Assembly: GCA_035533255.1 (NCBI GenBank)
Contig: DATLUE010000028.1
Location: 59 to 64,058, forward strand
Reading direction: 5' to 3'
Length of the DNA: 64,000 nt
Origin: Stellaceae bacterium
GTDB lineage: Bacteria; Pseudomonadota; Alphaproteobacteria; ATCC43930; CGMCC-115725
Under the pieces are notes generated by a model. It was given only the letters and a program-made list of their open reading frames with translations. It ran no database searches and was not told the DNA's origin. Shown here in pieces: positions 9,833 to 19,891 of the stretch. The position numbers and the translations under genes were made by a program. Numbering within the stretch: the first letter of the stretch is position 1; each line of letters begins with the position of its first letter.

Positions 9833-12046
9833 TCAGCCGCCGAAGGGCGAGACCGAGACATCGCCGAGATCGCGGAAAACGAAGGTCAGGACGAAGGAGG
9901 TGCCCGGTCGGATGTCGCCGAGGGTGATGCCACTCCGCTGCAGGGTTCCGGTGACCGCCAGACAATCGTCGCGATAGGTGATGCGCAGGGCGGAATCGAT
10001 GCTGGTCAGGCCGCCGTTCAGATTTTGCGTCTTGGTCACTTGGCCCGACCAGGTGTCGGTGAGCGCGAAATTAATCCCGACGCTGACCTGGCTAGCCGGT
10101 AGCACCGACGGCAAGCCGGGGATGGCCGAGGTCGCGATGTAGCTGAGCGTGCCGTTGAGGTTGGCGTCGCCGCCGGTGGTGCCGATTTCCTGGCGGCGCA
10201 TCGCATAGTCCTGGCTATCGAGGCGCGCGCGGTAGAACAGGTTGAAATGCGGATCGGGCGCGACCGTCACGCGTCCGACGACGTCGGAGCGCCGGTGGTC
10301 GAGACCGGTCCCGACCGGGAACTGGCTGTTGCTCTGAAAGCGATAGCTCTGGCCGACCAGGATTTGCGTGCTGCCCGCTACCGGATTGAAAACGCCGGCG
10401 TGGATACCGTAATCGACGCGTTGCCCGCCATCGACCCGGTCGAAGCCCGGAAAGCGGTTGCCGACGAACAGGTCGGTGTCGTCGAATTCGAAGCTCTGCG
10501 CGTCTTCGTTGGGAATCCCTGCCGGATTGCCGCCGGTGGGTGCGACAAAAGCGGCGGCTATCGGCTCGATCAGGGCGGTGACGTTGCTGTCGGTGTTTAC
10601 CCACGGGTAATGCCAGCTCAACGCCGCCTGCGGAAACACGCGGCCCGTGGCCTTGGTCTCGGGCTGGGCGGAGATCCCGTAGGCCCGGCTGAAATTGCTG
10701 TCGTAGCCGTCGCCGCGCAGCGTCGCGCTGAATTGATAGCGATCGCCCAGCGGCCCGTTGAAAGGCAAGCGCCAGTTCGCGCCCAGCGACAGGCGCCGCT
10801 CGTTGACGCTGTCGCGCTTGGCGAGATCGAGCAGGTTGCCGGTCATCTGCCAGCGGCCGCCGAGCGCGTCGGGCGGCGTGGTGAAAGTGTAGGTTGCCTC
10901 CGGCAGAACGAAAGGCTCGCTGGCGATGCTGTAGAGCGGATTGAGGTTCTGATAGGCGTAGGCGCTGATGTTGCCGTAGCTCGTCGCGCCGAAATTCTCG
11001 GCATAGACGTGGTCGGTAAGGAAGTTCGTCGCATAGGGGAAGTGATAGCGCTGGAGGTAGGTCTGGTCGGTGGTCGCGGTTCCATCGAATCCGGCACGCC
11101 AGCTCGGCGTCAAATCCCAGACCCCGGTCGCCGCGATATGGCCGCGCACCGCGTTGCTGCTCGCGTTGACGTCCGACAGTTGCGGGTCGACACTTTTGCT
11201 GCCGAAGGTCAGGCTGGTGTCGTCGAGCAGCATGCCACTGCCGAAGCGCTGGCGATACTGCCCGTCGAGAATCGTCCCGCCCTGGGTCGTGAAGATCGGG
11301 CGAAATATCGCGTCCTTGTCGGGCCCGAGCACGAAATAATAGGGCAAGCCGATGCGAAAGCCGTTCGACGCGTCGTTGCCGATCACCGGCGGCAAGAAGC
11401 CGCTCGCGCGCTTCACCGACGGATCAGGATGCGAGAAATACGGCGAATAGAAGACCGGAAAGCCGTCGATCTCCATGATCGCGTCGTGATATTCGACGAT
11501 CTGCAATTCCTTGTCGTCGACGGCGTCTGCGGCCTTGATCTGCCAGACCGGCGGGTGCGTCGGATCCGCGGCGCACAGCTCGCACGGCGAATAGACGGCG
11601 CGCTTGACCTCGGTACGCGTGCCGGCTGAGCGGCGCGCGGTATTTCCCGCGAGGCGCGAGCCATCGAACAGCAGCAGCCGGACGTCCTTGATGAAGCCGT
11701 CGCGAAAATTGTTGCGCAGCTCCATGTAATCGGCGAACGCGACGTCGCCGGCCGGCTGCGTCAGGCTGACATGCCCGGAGGCCGTGACGGTATCGGTGCG
11801 CTGATTGTAGGTGACCGTGTCGGCCAGCAGGATCTGATCCTGCTGGCTGAGCTCGACATGCCCCTTGGCGACGACGAGGCCGAGATCCTGGTCGTATTGC
11901 AGCTCGTCGGCGGTGACCAGCACGGGCTTCTCGTTGCCCGGTTTCCCGGGTTGCGTCGGCGCCGCCTGTTGGGCATGCGCGACAAACGGAAACGCCCAGG
12001 AAGCGAGCAAGCTTCCGACCAGCGCCAGAATCCGGATGCGTCTCAT
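9833..12046 (-). CDS. lptD: LPS-assembly outer-membrane protein LptD
   Basis: 737 aa with a signal peptide. Has an N-terminal OstA-like segment (VLVTADELQYDQ..GHV) and a large beta-rich C-terminus. Lies upstream of surA. Confidence 0.92.
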   Translation of the reverse strand: MRRIRILALVGSLLASWAFPFVAHAQQAAPTQPGKPGNEKPVLVTADELQYDQDLGLVVAKGHVELSQQDQILLADTVTYNQRTDTVTASGHVSLTQPAGDVAFADYMELRNNFRDGFIKDVRLLLFDGSRLAGNTARRSAGTRTEVKRAVYSPCELCAADPTHPPVWQIKAADAVDDKELQIVEYHDAIMEIDGFPVFYSPYFSHPDPSVKRASGFLPPVIGNDASNGFRIGLPYYFVLGPDKDAIFRPIFTTQGGTILDGQYRQRFGSGMLLDDTSLTFGSKSVDPQLSDVNASSNAVRGHIAATGVWDLTPSWRAGFDGTATTDQTYLQRYHFPYATNFLTDHVYAENFGATSYGNISAYAYQNLNPLYSIASEPFVLPEATYTFTTPPDALGGRWQMTGNLLDLAKRDSVNERRLSLGANWRLPFNGPLGDRYQFSATLRGDGYDSNFSRAYGISAQPETKATGRVFPQAALSWHYPWVNTDSNVTALIEPIAAAFVAPTGGNPAGIPNEDAQSFEFDDTDLFVGNRFPGFDRVDGGQRVDYGIHAGVFNPVAGSTQILVGQSYRFQSNSQFPVGTGLDHRRSDVVGRVTVAPDPHFNLFYRARLDSQDYAMRRQEIGTTGGDANLNGTLSYIATSAIPGLPSVLPASQVSVGINFALTDTWSGQVTKTQNLNGGLTSIDSALRITYRDDCLAVTGTLQRSGITLGDIRPGTSFVLTFVFRDLGDVSVSPFGG

Positions 12047-12052
12047 GCAGAC

Positions 12053-13150
12053 TCAGCCGTCCTCGAGATGAAGCAGCAGCGTCGCGCCGAGCAGCCAGGT
12101 AATGCCGGTCGGCGTCCAGGCGGCGAGCGAGATCGGGATGCTGGCGGAAAGCCCGAGCGCGAAAACCACATCGGACAGAAAGTAGAGCGCGAACCCGCTG
12201 GCGACGCCGGCGCCGATCATCAGCGTCGCCCCGCCGCGGCGCTGCATCCGGAGGCTGAAGCTGGCCGCGATCAGGACCATCGCCGCGTAGAGGAAAGGCC
12301 GCGACAGCAAGGCATTGAAATAGAGGCGATGGCGCTGCGAGGAAAATCCCGAATTGTCGAGCAGGCGGATGAAGCCCGGCAGCTCCCAGAACGACATTGT
12401 CTCGGGCGAGGCGAAGCTTTCTTGAATCTTGTTCGCGGTGAGGTTGGTGCCGACGTCGATGGTATCGAACGACTGGAGCGGCTTGCCCGGCTCCCATTGG
12501 GTGCCGTCATGCACCTCCCAGACGCCGTTCTTGAGCAGCGCTTGCTTGGCGTCGATGCGCCGGACCAGCTTGGTGTCGCCGGCCAGGAACAGGATCATCA
12601 CATTGTCGAGCGCGCGCCGGTTGACGACGAATCCGCTGGCGTGGACGATCGAGTGGTTGCCGGCGGCGTCGCTTTGCCGCAGCCAGAAGCCGGTCCGCGA
12701 CAGGCTGAGCTGGTCGCCGCCGCCGCGGAGAATCCGGTTATCGAGCTGCTCGTAGCTCGCCTGCATCACCGACGCGATCGGATTGAAGACCGTGACCACC
12801 AGCACGCCGACCAGAAAGGCACCCGACAGCGGCGGCGCAAGGAATTGCCAGGCGGAAATGCCGGCGGCCCGCGCGACCACGAGCTCGTGGCTGCGGGTGA
12901 GCCGCCAGAAGGCCATCATCGTGCCGAACAGGATCGCGAACGGCATGACCTGTTGAGCCATATCGGGCTGTTTCAGGGCGGCCATCTCCAGCAGGATCAA
13001 GAGGGTCGCCTCGGGCCGCGTGCCGGCGCGGCGGATCAGCTCGATATAGTCGAGCAGGAAGACGATGCTCATCATCGCGAGGAAGACGGTCGTGCACCAG
13101 CCGAAGAACTGGCGCGCGATGTAGCGGAACAGCGTCTTCCACGGCGACAT
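12053..13150 (-). CDS. lptG: LPS export ABC permease LptG
   Basis: 365 aa, YjgP/YjgQ permease architecture (MSPWKTLFRYIARQF..). Paired with lptF. Confidence 0.9.
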   Translation of the reverse strand: MSPWKTLFRYIARQFFGWCTTVFLAMMSIVFLLDYIELIRRAGTRPEATLLILLEMAALKQPDMAQQVMPFAILFGTMMAFWRLTRSHELVVARAAGISAWQFLAPPLSGAFLVGVLVVTVFNPIASVMQASYEQLDNRILRGGGDQLSLSRTGFWLRQSDAAGNHSIVHASGFVVNRRALDNVMILFLAGDTKLVRRIDAKQALLKNGVWEVHDGTQWEPGKPLQSFDTIDVGTNLTANKIQESFASPETMSFWELPGFIRLLDNSGFSSQRHRLYFNALLSRPFLYAAMVLIAASFSLRMQRRGGATLMIGAGVASGFALYFLSDVVFALGLSASIPISLAAWTPTGITWLLGATLLLHLEDG

Positions 13151-13153
13151 CGG

Positions 13154-14275
13154 CTACTCCGCCGGCTGTGCGGCGAAGCGCCGAAGCAAGGGCGTTCCGC
13201 TTTCGCGCCACAGGAGCCACAGCGACACGAGCAGCGGCAGCAAGAGATTGACGTAGATCAGCGGGATCGCGAGTCCCGATCGCGCCGACAGATTCTTCAG
13301 CGCGATATCGGCGACCTCGACCGCGAAGGCAAGGCCGACGCCGAGCAGGATGCGGCGCGCCTGCCCGCGGCGGTTGAATTCGCCGGTCAGCAGGCAAGCG
13401 ACCGGTAGCGCGGCCATGGTGAGCGCCAATAGCGGGCCGGCAAGCCGCATGTTGAGCTCGACCATGACCGCGCGGCGCCAATCCGGATCCTGGTTCGGCC
13501 CCATGCCGTTGATCAGCTCGCCGGTGTAGCGCTCGTCGACCTGGCGGTCGCGCGTGCCCGGCGCGCCGGCCAGATTGTCGAGCTCCAACGTGTATTTCTT
13601 GAAGGTCAGGACCGAGAGATGGCCGTTGGTATCGTCGCGCTGCTGGCGCGTGCCGTCGACCAGCAGCAAGCGCGGGCCTTCGGGCGTGTTGGCGACGGCG
13701 CCCCGCTCGGCGAACACGGTCACCGGCTTGTCGGGCTGGCGCTCGTCGTAGATGAGGATGCTGACGAGGTCGCCGTTATCGTCGCGACTCTGGACATAGA
13801 CCATCAGCTTGTCGGACAGCATGTTGAAGACGCCGTCCTGGATCAAGACCGAGGCGAAGCGGTTGCGAATCTCGAATTGCAGGTCCTTGAAAGCGCGATT
13901 GGCCGCCGGCAGCAGGTAGAGCGACAGGGAATAGAGCAGCACGGTGCCGATCAGCCCGGTGATGAGCGCGGGGCCGGCCAGCGACATCGGGCTGACGCCG
14001 GCTGCCCGCATCACGACCATTTCGCTCTCGGCGATCAGCTTGTTGTAGACGAATTGCACCGCGACGAAGACCGCGATCGGCAGGACCACATCGATGAAGC
14101 GCGGCATGATCAGGATCGCGAGGTGCAAGAACACCCCGATCGCCAACCCGCGATTGACGATGAGATCGATCAGCCGCAGCGCCTGCACCAGCCATACCGC
14201 GGAACTGAACACCAGACAGACCGAGACCATGACCAGCACGGTCTGGCGCAGCATATAACGCGTGAGGCCCGTCAT
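13154..14275 (-). CDS. lptF: LPS export ABC permease LptF
   Basis: 373 aa, YjgP/YjgQ architecture (MTGLTRYMLRQT..). Ends 4 nt upstream of lptG. Confidence 0.9.
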   Translation of the reverse strand: MTGLTRYMLRQTVLVMVSVCLVFSSAVWLVQALRLIDLIVNRGLAIGVFLHLAILIMPRFIDVVLPIAVFVAVQFVYNKLIAESEMVVMRAAGVSPMSLAGPALITGLIGTVLLYSLSLYLLPAANRAFKDLQFEIRNRFASVLIQDGVFNMLSDKLMVYVQSRDDNGDLVSILIYDERQPDKPVTVFAERGAVANTPEGPRLLLVDGTRQQRDDTNGHLSVLTFKKYTLELDNLAGAPGTRDRQVDERYTGELINGMGPNQDPDWRRAVMVELNMRLAGPLLALTMAALPVACLLTGEFNRRGQARRILLGVGLAFAVEVADIALKNLSARSGLAIPLIYVNLLLPLLVSLWLLWRESGTPLLRRFAAQPAE

Positions 14276-14441
14276 GGGCGTGGATTATAGAAGCGGCCCG
14301 CGCGCCGAGCCTAGCCCCGAATTCGCGTCCTCGCCACGCGTGGCGCATTTTGTCGCGCGCGAGCGGCTTGCGGCGAGCGGTCTGCCGTGGAACTCTGCGG
14401 CGATCGTTGGACTGGGCGGTTGAGGTCGGAGCAGGTTCGGC

Positions 14442-15959
14442 ATGGGGGAAGAATACGCGCCGGCGCGCCCGCGTTATGGCGGGTTCGCGATCTGCTTCGC
14501 GATCCTCATGGCATTGAGTTGCGTGCCGCTGCTGCTGACCGCGCTGCCGCCGCTGCTCGACTATCCCAACCATCTGGCGCGCATGTCGCTGCTGCTGGGC
14601 CATCCGGCCGCCGACCTGCAGCGCTATGTCGCGGCGCGCTGGGCGCCGCTGCCTAATCTCGGCATGGACGGCGTCGTGCCGTTTCTCGCCCTCGTCATGC
14701 CGCTCGAATGGGCGGGCAAGCTGTTTATCGCCCTGACATTCGTTCTGCTCGCAGGCGGGACGGCGGCGTTGCATCGGGTGCTGTATGGCCGCTGGTCGAC
14801 TTGGTCGCTGCTCGCCTTCCTGCTGCTCTACACCCGGCTGCTGCTGTGGGGCTTCATGGGCTATTTGTTCGGCTGCGGCCTGGCGATGGTCGCGTTTGCC
14901 GTTTGGATCGCCTTGCAAGACCGGCATTGGGCCGTCCGTGCCGCGGTCGGTTGCCTGTTCGCGCTTGCCGTCTACCTCGCGCATCTCCTCGCGTTCGGCC
15001 TTTATGCGGTGATGGTCGCCGGTTACGAGTTCGGGCAGGTATGGCGCTTGCGCAAGCCGATTGTCGCCGCGGTGCGCGATCTGGCGATCGGCGGCGTGCC
15101 GTTCCTGCCGGCCTTGGTGCTGATGAGCATGAATTCCTCGGCCGGCCGCATCGTTTACGGCAATCCGCTGCGCAAATTCGATCTGCTGTTCAGCGTGTTC
15201 GACGATTATAGCCGGCCGTTCGATGTCGCGTGCTTCGCGATCGCGGTGCTGGCGGTCGGCTTCGTGTTCTGGCGGCGGTGGGTGCGGCTCGCGCCGGAAC
15301 TGGTGCTGCCGCTGCTCGGTTTGCTCGCGGTCTATCTCGCCATGCCGTCGCAGCTTTTTACCGCCGCCGGGGTCGAGCGCCGCATTCCGCTGATGATCTT
15401 TCTCGTGCTGATCGGCGGGAGCCGCTGGCAAGCGGCGTTCGCGCGCCGCGAGGCGTTCTTTATGGCCGGGGCGGCCGCGATGTTCGCGGCGCGTCTCGGG
15501 GTCATCGTGGCGGTCTGGCACAATGCGGGAAAGCTTTATGCCGAGCTGCTGCCGGGCTTCGACACGCTGCCGCGCGGCGGATGCCTTGCCGTCGGCTTTG
15601 GCAAGGACAGCATCCAGGTCGCGAAGGCGCCGCTGACCCATTTCCCGGTGCTGGCGCTGCTGCGCCGCGACGATTTCGTGACGACGCTGTTCGCCTATCC
15701 CGAGCAGCAGCCGATCGCGCTGCAACCCGAAGCCGCCCGCCTGGCGACGCTGCTGACGCAGGACGGGCTGTGGTACGCCTTCGTCGAAAACAGCACGCCG
15801 CTCTCGCCGGCCGCGTCGTCGGCGCTGGCGGAATGCGGTCATGTCGCTTTCGTCGATCCGCACCCCTTCGCGTTGAAGAATACCGCAGGGTTGGTGCCGC
15901 TGTTCGTGACGCCGCGCTTTAAGATCTATCGCGTTGCCGCCGCGTCGCCGCCATCCTGA
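14442..15959 (+). CDS. polytopic inner-membrane protein, function unknown (possibly GT-C-like)
   Basis: 505 aa. About 10 or more hydrophobic helices followed by a roughly 130-aa non-hydrophobic tail. Codon usage looks like the host. The stop overlaps the next ATG (TGATG at 15957-15961). Confidence 0.7.
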   Translation: MGEEYAPARPRYGGFAICFAILMALSCVPLLLTALPPLLDYPNHLARMSLLLGHPAADLQRYVAARWAPLPNLGMDGVVPFLALVMPLEWAGKLFIALTFVLLAGGTAALHRVLYGRWSTWSLLAFLLLYTRLLLWGFMGYLFGCGLAMVAFAVWIALQDRHWAVRAAVGCLFALAVYLAHLLAFGLYAVMVAGYEFGQVWRLRKPIVAAVRDLAIGGVPFLPALVLMSMNSSAGRIVYGNPLRKFDLLFSVFDDYSRPFDVACFAIAVLAVGFVFWRRWVRLAPELVLPLLGLLAVYLAMPSQLFTAAGVERRIPLMIFLVLIGGSRWQAAFARREAFFMAGAAAMFAARLGVIVAVWHNAGKLYAELLPGFDTLPRGGCLAVGFGKDSIQVAKAPLTHFPVLALLRRDDFVTTLFAYPEQQPIALQPEAARLATLLTQDGLWYAFVENSTPLSPAASSALAECGHVAFVDPHPFALKNTAGLVPLFVTPRFKIYRVAAASPPS

Positions 15960-17836
15960 TGCCCGCGCTCGCGCTGCTTGTGCCGTCGTGGCTCGATCTC
16001 GCCGGCTGGGCGGGCGTGATCTTGGCGAGCCTTGCCATGATCGGTGTCGGTCGTCTGGCGACCGGTGGGCGCGCGACGCCCGAAGCCGCGCTCATCGCCG
16101 GCTGGGGCGGCTGCGTGCTGGTGCTGACGGCGTGGGGGATCGCCACCGCGGCCAGCTTGCGCGTGCCGGGGCTCGCCCTGATGGCGCTCGGCCTCGTCGC
16201 GCAGCTTTGGCCGCGGCTGCGTCTCGGCGGTCGCGATTGGCGCGCGCTCGGCCGGGTCGCGGCGCTTGCCTTGCCGCTACTCGCGATCATGGCGAGCGCG
16301 CGGCCAAGCCTGCCCGATACCTGGCTCAACCTCCTGCCCAACGCGGCCTATCTCTACGATCACGGATTCTTCCCGGCCGATGCGCGGCCGCCGGCCTATT
16401 CCTTCATCGCCGGCGCGCCCTACAATATGCAGCTCGCAAGCTTGATGGCCGGGCTGGTGCTGCCCAATTTCCCGGCCAGCGCGATGATCGATTTCAACCT
16501 CGTGCTCCAGCTCGCCGCGGGCCTGCTGCTGGCGCGGCTCGCGACCGGCGATGACGCGGCCGCGCCGGGCTGGGCGATCGCCGCGCTCGGCATCCTGCTT
16601 GCGACCGCGCTCAACCCGGGCTTCGATCCGCGCTATCACCTCTCCGCCTATAGCGAGGCGTCGGTAACGGTCGCTCTGGCGTTCGCTGGATGGCACGCGG
16701 CGCGCGCGCTCGATCGCGCCGGCGGCGGCCGCGATGCCCAGCTCGATTTCCGGCTGCTGGCCCTGACGCTCGCGGCGCTCGTCAACATCAAGCAGGAAAG
16801 CGTCGCACTCGCGCTTGGCGTCGTCGTATCGGCCTGCGTGCTCGCGCTCTTGGCGCGGGCGCGGCGACGCGAGGCCGCGCTCGGCATCGCGCTCGCGACG
16901 CTGCCGGCGGTGGTGCTTTATCTCGGCTGGCGCTGGTACGTGCTCGAGCATTTCGCGCTCGGCGAGCTCAAGGACCTGCCCTTCGCGCAATGGCATATCC
17001 TCGAGCTGCCGCAGATCATTCTCAACATGTTGCGCGCGGCCGGCGGCAAGATATTGTTCTTCGCGATCCTGCTGGCGGCGCTTGCGGCGGCGTCATGGCG
17101 GCTGCTGCGGCGCGAGCTCGATCTGGCGACGCGGCTCGCCGCCATGCTGCTGGGCACCGCGATCGTCTACAACGCCGCGCTGATCGCAGCCTATGTCGCC
17201 CATTTCGAGGGCGGCATGGGCATCGAGGCGCATTCCTATTTTCGTTACAGCACGCATCTCGGGCTGCTGCTGATGGCGGCGCTCGTGCTGCTGGCGCGCG
17301 ACTGGCGCTGGTCGGATTTCGGCGGGCGCTGGCGGCGTGCGGTTCCGGCGGTTCTCGTGCTGCTGATCTTGCTCGTCCCGTTGCCGTTCCTGCGCATGCT
17401 GCGCTTCGATCTCGAGCCCCCGAATTTGCGCGCGTTCCAGCTCGCGCACGAGGCGGCGCTGCGTATCGGCGGGGCGACGCACCTCCTGCTCATCCTGCCG
17501 GGCGACAACGGCACCGTGCCGCCGACGCTCGAGGGCGTGTTGCGATATTTGCCGCCGCGTCATCCCGCGATCGAGTTCGGGGTCGCGACCGACGTTGCGG
17601 CCGGGCTTGCGATGCCGGGCTATGCGCGCGCACTGCTGTCATGCGTGCCGCCAGGCTTCGATACGGTTCCTGCCGGCGACGCGGCGCTGCTGCAGCGGGT
17701 CGGCGAGGCTTGGCAGGCCGAAGCGATCTGGCCCTACGATCCGCCTCCCGCGCAGGCACGCTGGTCGCATGTGCTCGCGCTGGCGCCGTTGTGCTTGACG
17801 CCGACCGATACCAAAGCGCGCGCCCCCGCCGGTTGA
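15959..17836 (+). CDS. polytopic inner-membrane protein, function unknown (possibly GT-C-like)
   Basis: 625 aa with many predicted TM helices and then a soluble C-terminal region. Translationally coupled to the preceding ORF. Confidence 0.7.
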   Translation: MPALALLVPSWLDLAGWAGVILASLAMIGVGRLATGGRATPEAALIAGWGGCVLVLTAWGIATAASLRVPGLALMALGLVAQLWPRLRLGGRDWRALGRVAALALPLLAIMASARPSLPDTWLNLLPNAAYLYDHGFFPADARPPAYSFIAGAPYNMQLASLMAGLVLPNFPASAMIDFNLVLQLAAGLLLARLATGDDAAAPGWAIAALGILLATALNPGFDPRYHLSAYSEASVTVALAFAGWHAARALDRAGGGRDAQLDFRLLALTLAALVNIKQESVALALGVVVSACVLALLARARRREAALGIALATLPAVVLYLGWRWYVLEHFALGELKDLPFAQWHILELPQIILNMLRAAGGKILFFAILLAALAAASWRLLRRELDLATRLAAMLLGTAIVYNAALIAAYVAHFEGGMGIEAHSYFRYSTHLGLLLMAALVLLARDWRWSDFGGRWRRAVPAVLVLLILLVPLPFLRMLRFDLEPPNLRAFQLAHEAALRIGGATHLLLILPGDNGTVPPTLEGVLRYLPPRHPAIEFGVATDVAAGLAMPGYARALLSCVPPGFDTVPAGDAALLQRVGEAWQAEAIWPYDPPPAQARWSHVLALAPLCLTPTDTKARAPAG

Positions 17837-17895
17837 CTCGCGCGCGGCGAGGGTCTATCGCGGCTCGCAAGGAAACAAGCATTCGGGGCGGTTCC

Positions 17896-19389
17896 ATGAA
17901 GATCAGCTTCGCTGCGCCGCGCATGCCGCGCTCGGGCACGGTGGTCTGCGCGGCGATGGAAGGACGCAAGCTTTCGCCCGCCGGCTTGCAGATCGACAAA
18001 GACAGCGGCGGCGCGCTGCGCCGCGCGATGGAAGCCAGCCGCTTCACCGGCAAGAGCGACGAGACCTTGATGGTTCTGGCGCCGGCCAATCTCGATGTTT
18101 CGCGCGTGCTGCTGGTCGGCGTCGGCACGCCGCGCGCCGGCGAGCGCAGCGTGCGCCAAAATCGCGGCGGCATCGTGCTGGCGGCGCTCAACGCCGCGGG
18201 CGAGCAGAACGCCGCGTTCTTCGTCAACGCGTTCAAAGGCAAAGATACCGCGTTGGCCGCGGCCGATCTCGCTTATGGCGCGCGTCTGCGCTCCTATCGC
18301 TTCGACAAATACCGCACCAAGGAAAAGCCCGAGCACAAGCCGTCGCTGAAGGAGCTGACCTTCCTGGTCGACGGCCCCAAAGCGGCGGAGCGCGAATTCG
18401 AGCCGCTGGAGAAGATCGCCGAGGCGGTGTTCTTCACCCGCGATCTGGTCTCCGAGCCGGCCAACGTCATCTATCCGGAAACCCTGGCGCAAGAGGCGAA
18501 GAAGCTCGCCAGCCTCGGCGTCGAGGTCGAGGTGCTCGACGAGAAGCAGATGAAGACGCTCGGCATGAACATGCTTCTGGGCGTCGCCCAGGGCAGCGCG
18601 CGGCCGGCGCGGCTGGTCGTGATGCAATGGAAGGGGAATCCGCGCGCGCGCAACAAGGCGCCGGTCGCGTTCCTCGGCAAGGGCGTGACCTTCGATACCG
18701 GCGGCATCTCGATCAAGGGCGCCGCCGGCATGGAAGACATGAAGTGGGACATGGGCGGCGCCGGCGTCGTGATCGGCCTGATGAAGGCGCTGGCCGGACG
18801 CAAGGCGCGCGTCAACGCGGTCGGCATCTGCGGCTGCGTCGAGAACATGCCCTCGGGCACGGCGCAGCGGCCGGGCGACATCGTCAAATCGATGTCGGGC
18901 CAGACGGTCGAGGTGATCAACACCGACGCCGAAGGCCGGCTCGTGCTGGGCGATGCGCTGTGGTACTGCCAAGACCGCTTCAAGCCGCAATTCATGATCA
19001 ATCTCGCGACCCTGACCGGCGCGATCATCGTCGCCCTCGGCCACGAGCAGGCCGGCATCTTCTCGAACAACGACCAGCTTGCCGATCGCCTGATCGCGGC
19101 CGGCAAATCGGTCGACGAGAAGCTGTGGCGCATGCCGCTCGGCGACGGCTATGACCGGATGATCGACAGCGACGCGGCCGACATGAAAAACATCGGCGGC
19201 CGCGACGCCGGCTCGATCACCGCGGCGCAATTTCTGCAGCGCTTCGTCAATGGCCTGCCCTGGGCGCATCTCGACATCGCCGGCACGACCTGGTCGAAGA
19301 AAGACGCGCCGACCGTGCCGAAAGGCGCCACCGCCTTCGGCGTGCGGCTGCTCGACCGCTTCGTCGCCGATCATTGCGAAGGCAAATAG
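17896..19389 (+). CDS. pepA: leucyl aminopeptidase
   Basis: 497 aa from MKISFAAP inside track ORF 16690-19389. M17 motifs VGKGVTFDTGG, NTDAEGRL and HLDIAG. Confidence 0.95.
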   Translation: MKISFAAPRMPRSGTVVCAAMEGRKLSPAGLQIDKDSGGALRRAMEASRFTGKSDETLMVLAPANLDVSRVLLVGVGTPRAGERSVRQNRGGIVLAALNAAGEQNAAFFVNAFKGKDTALAAADLAYGARLRSYRFDKYRTKEKPEHKPSLKELTFLVDGPKAAEREFEPLEKIAEAVFFTRDLVSEPANVIYPETLAQEAKKLASLGVEVEVLDEKQMKTLGMNMLLGVAQGSARPARLVVMQWKGNPRARNKAPVAFLGKGVTFDTGGISIKGAAGMEDMKWDMGGAGVVIGLMKALAGRKARVNAVGICGCVENMPSGTAQRPGDIVKSMSGQTVEVINTDAEGRLVLGDALWYCQDRFKPQFMINLATLTGAIIVALGHEQAGIFSNNDQLADRLIAAGKSVDEKLWRMPLGDGYDRMIDSDAADMKNIGGRDAGSITAAQFLQRFVNGLPWAHLDIAGTTWSKKDAPTVPKGATAFGVRLLDRFVADHCEGK

Positions 19390-19402
19390 GAGGGACCTGA
19401 GG

Positions 19403-19891
19403 CTGGCCGAGATCGGCTTCTACCATTTGAAGGTGACGCCGCTCGAGCGTGCGTTGCCGCGGCTCTTGGAGCGGGCGCTGAAGGACGGCTATCGCATCCA
19501 GATCGTCGCCGGCTCGAGCGAGCGGGTCGAGCATCTGAACCAGCTCCTCTGGACCTATGAGGAGGCGAGCTTCCTGCCGCATGGCAGCGCCCGCGACGGC
19601 AATGCCGAGCGTCAGCCAATCTTTCTGACCGCGGACGAGGGCAATCCCAATGCCGCGACCATGCTGGTCCTGGTGGATGGCGCGCGCGTCACGGCGCTGG
19701 AGGAGTACCGGCGCGTCTGCGACATGTTCGACGGCAATGACGAGACCGCGGTCGAGGATGCCCGGCGGCGCTGGCGCGAAGCCAAGCTTGCCGGCCACAC
19801 CCTGACCTATTGGGAGCAGACCGGCGCCGGCTGGGTGAAGCGCGCCGCGGACTCGGATTCCAGCGGGCCGGATTCCAGCGGGGCCGGTTGA
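19403..19891 (+). CDS. holC: DNA polymerase III chi subunit; start assigned to a CTG
   Basis: ..EIGFYHLKVTPLERALPRLLERAL..LLWTYEEASFLPHG matches the chi N-terminus, and the gene follows pepA as usual. AGGAGG at 19388-19393 lies 9 nt before CTG 19403. The only canonical upstream start (ATG 19250) would overlap pepA by 140 nt. Confidence 0.78.
   Translation: MAEIGFYHLKVTPLERALPRLLERALKDGYRIQIVAGSSERVEHLNQLLWTYEEASFLPHGSARDGNAERQPIFLTADEGNPNAATMLVLVDGARVTALEEYRRVCDMFDGNDETAVEDARRRWREAKLAGHTLTYWEQTGAGWVKRAADSDSSGPDSSGAG

Noticed and set aside
19250-19402. ATG 19250 as the holC start.
   Set aside because: It would overlap pepA by 140 nt and add a roughly 50-aa Arg/Pro-rich extension absent from chi proteins. 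A consensus SD sits right before the CTG codons instead.
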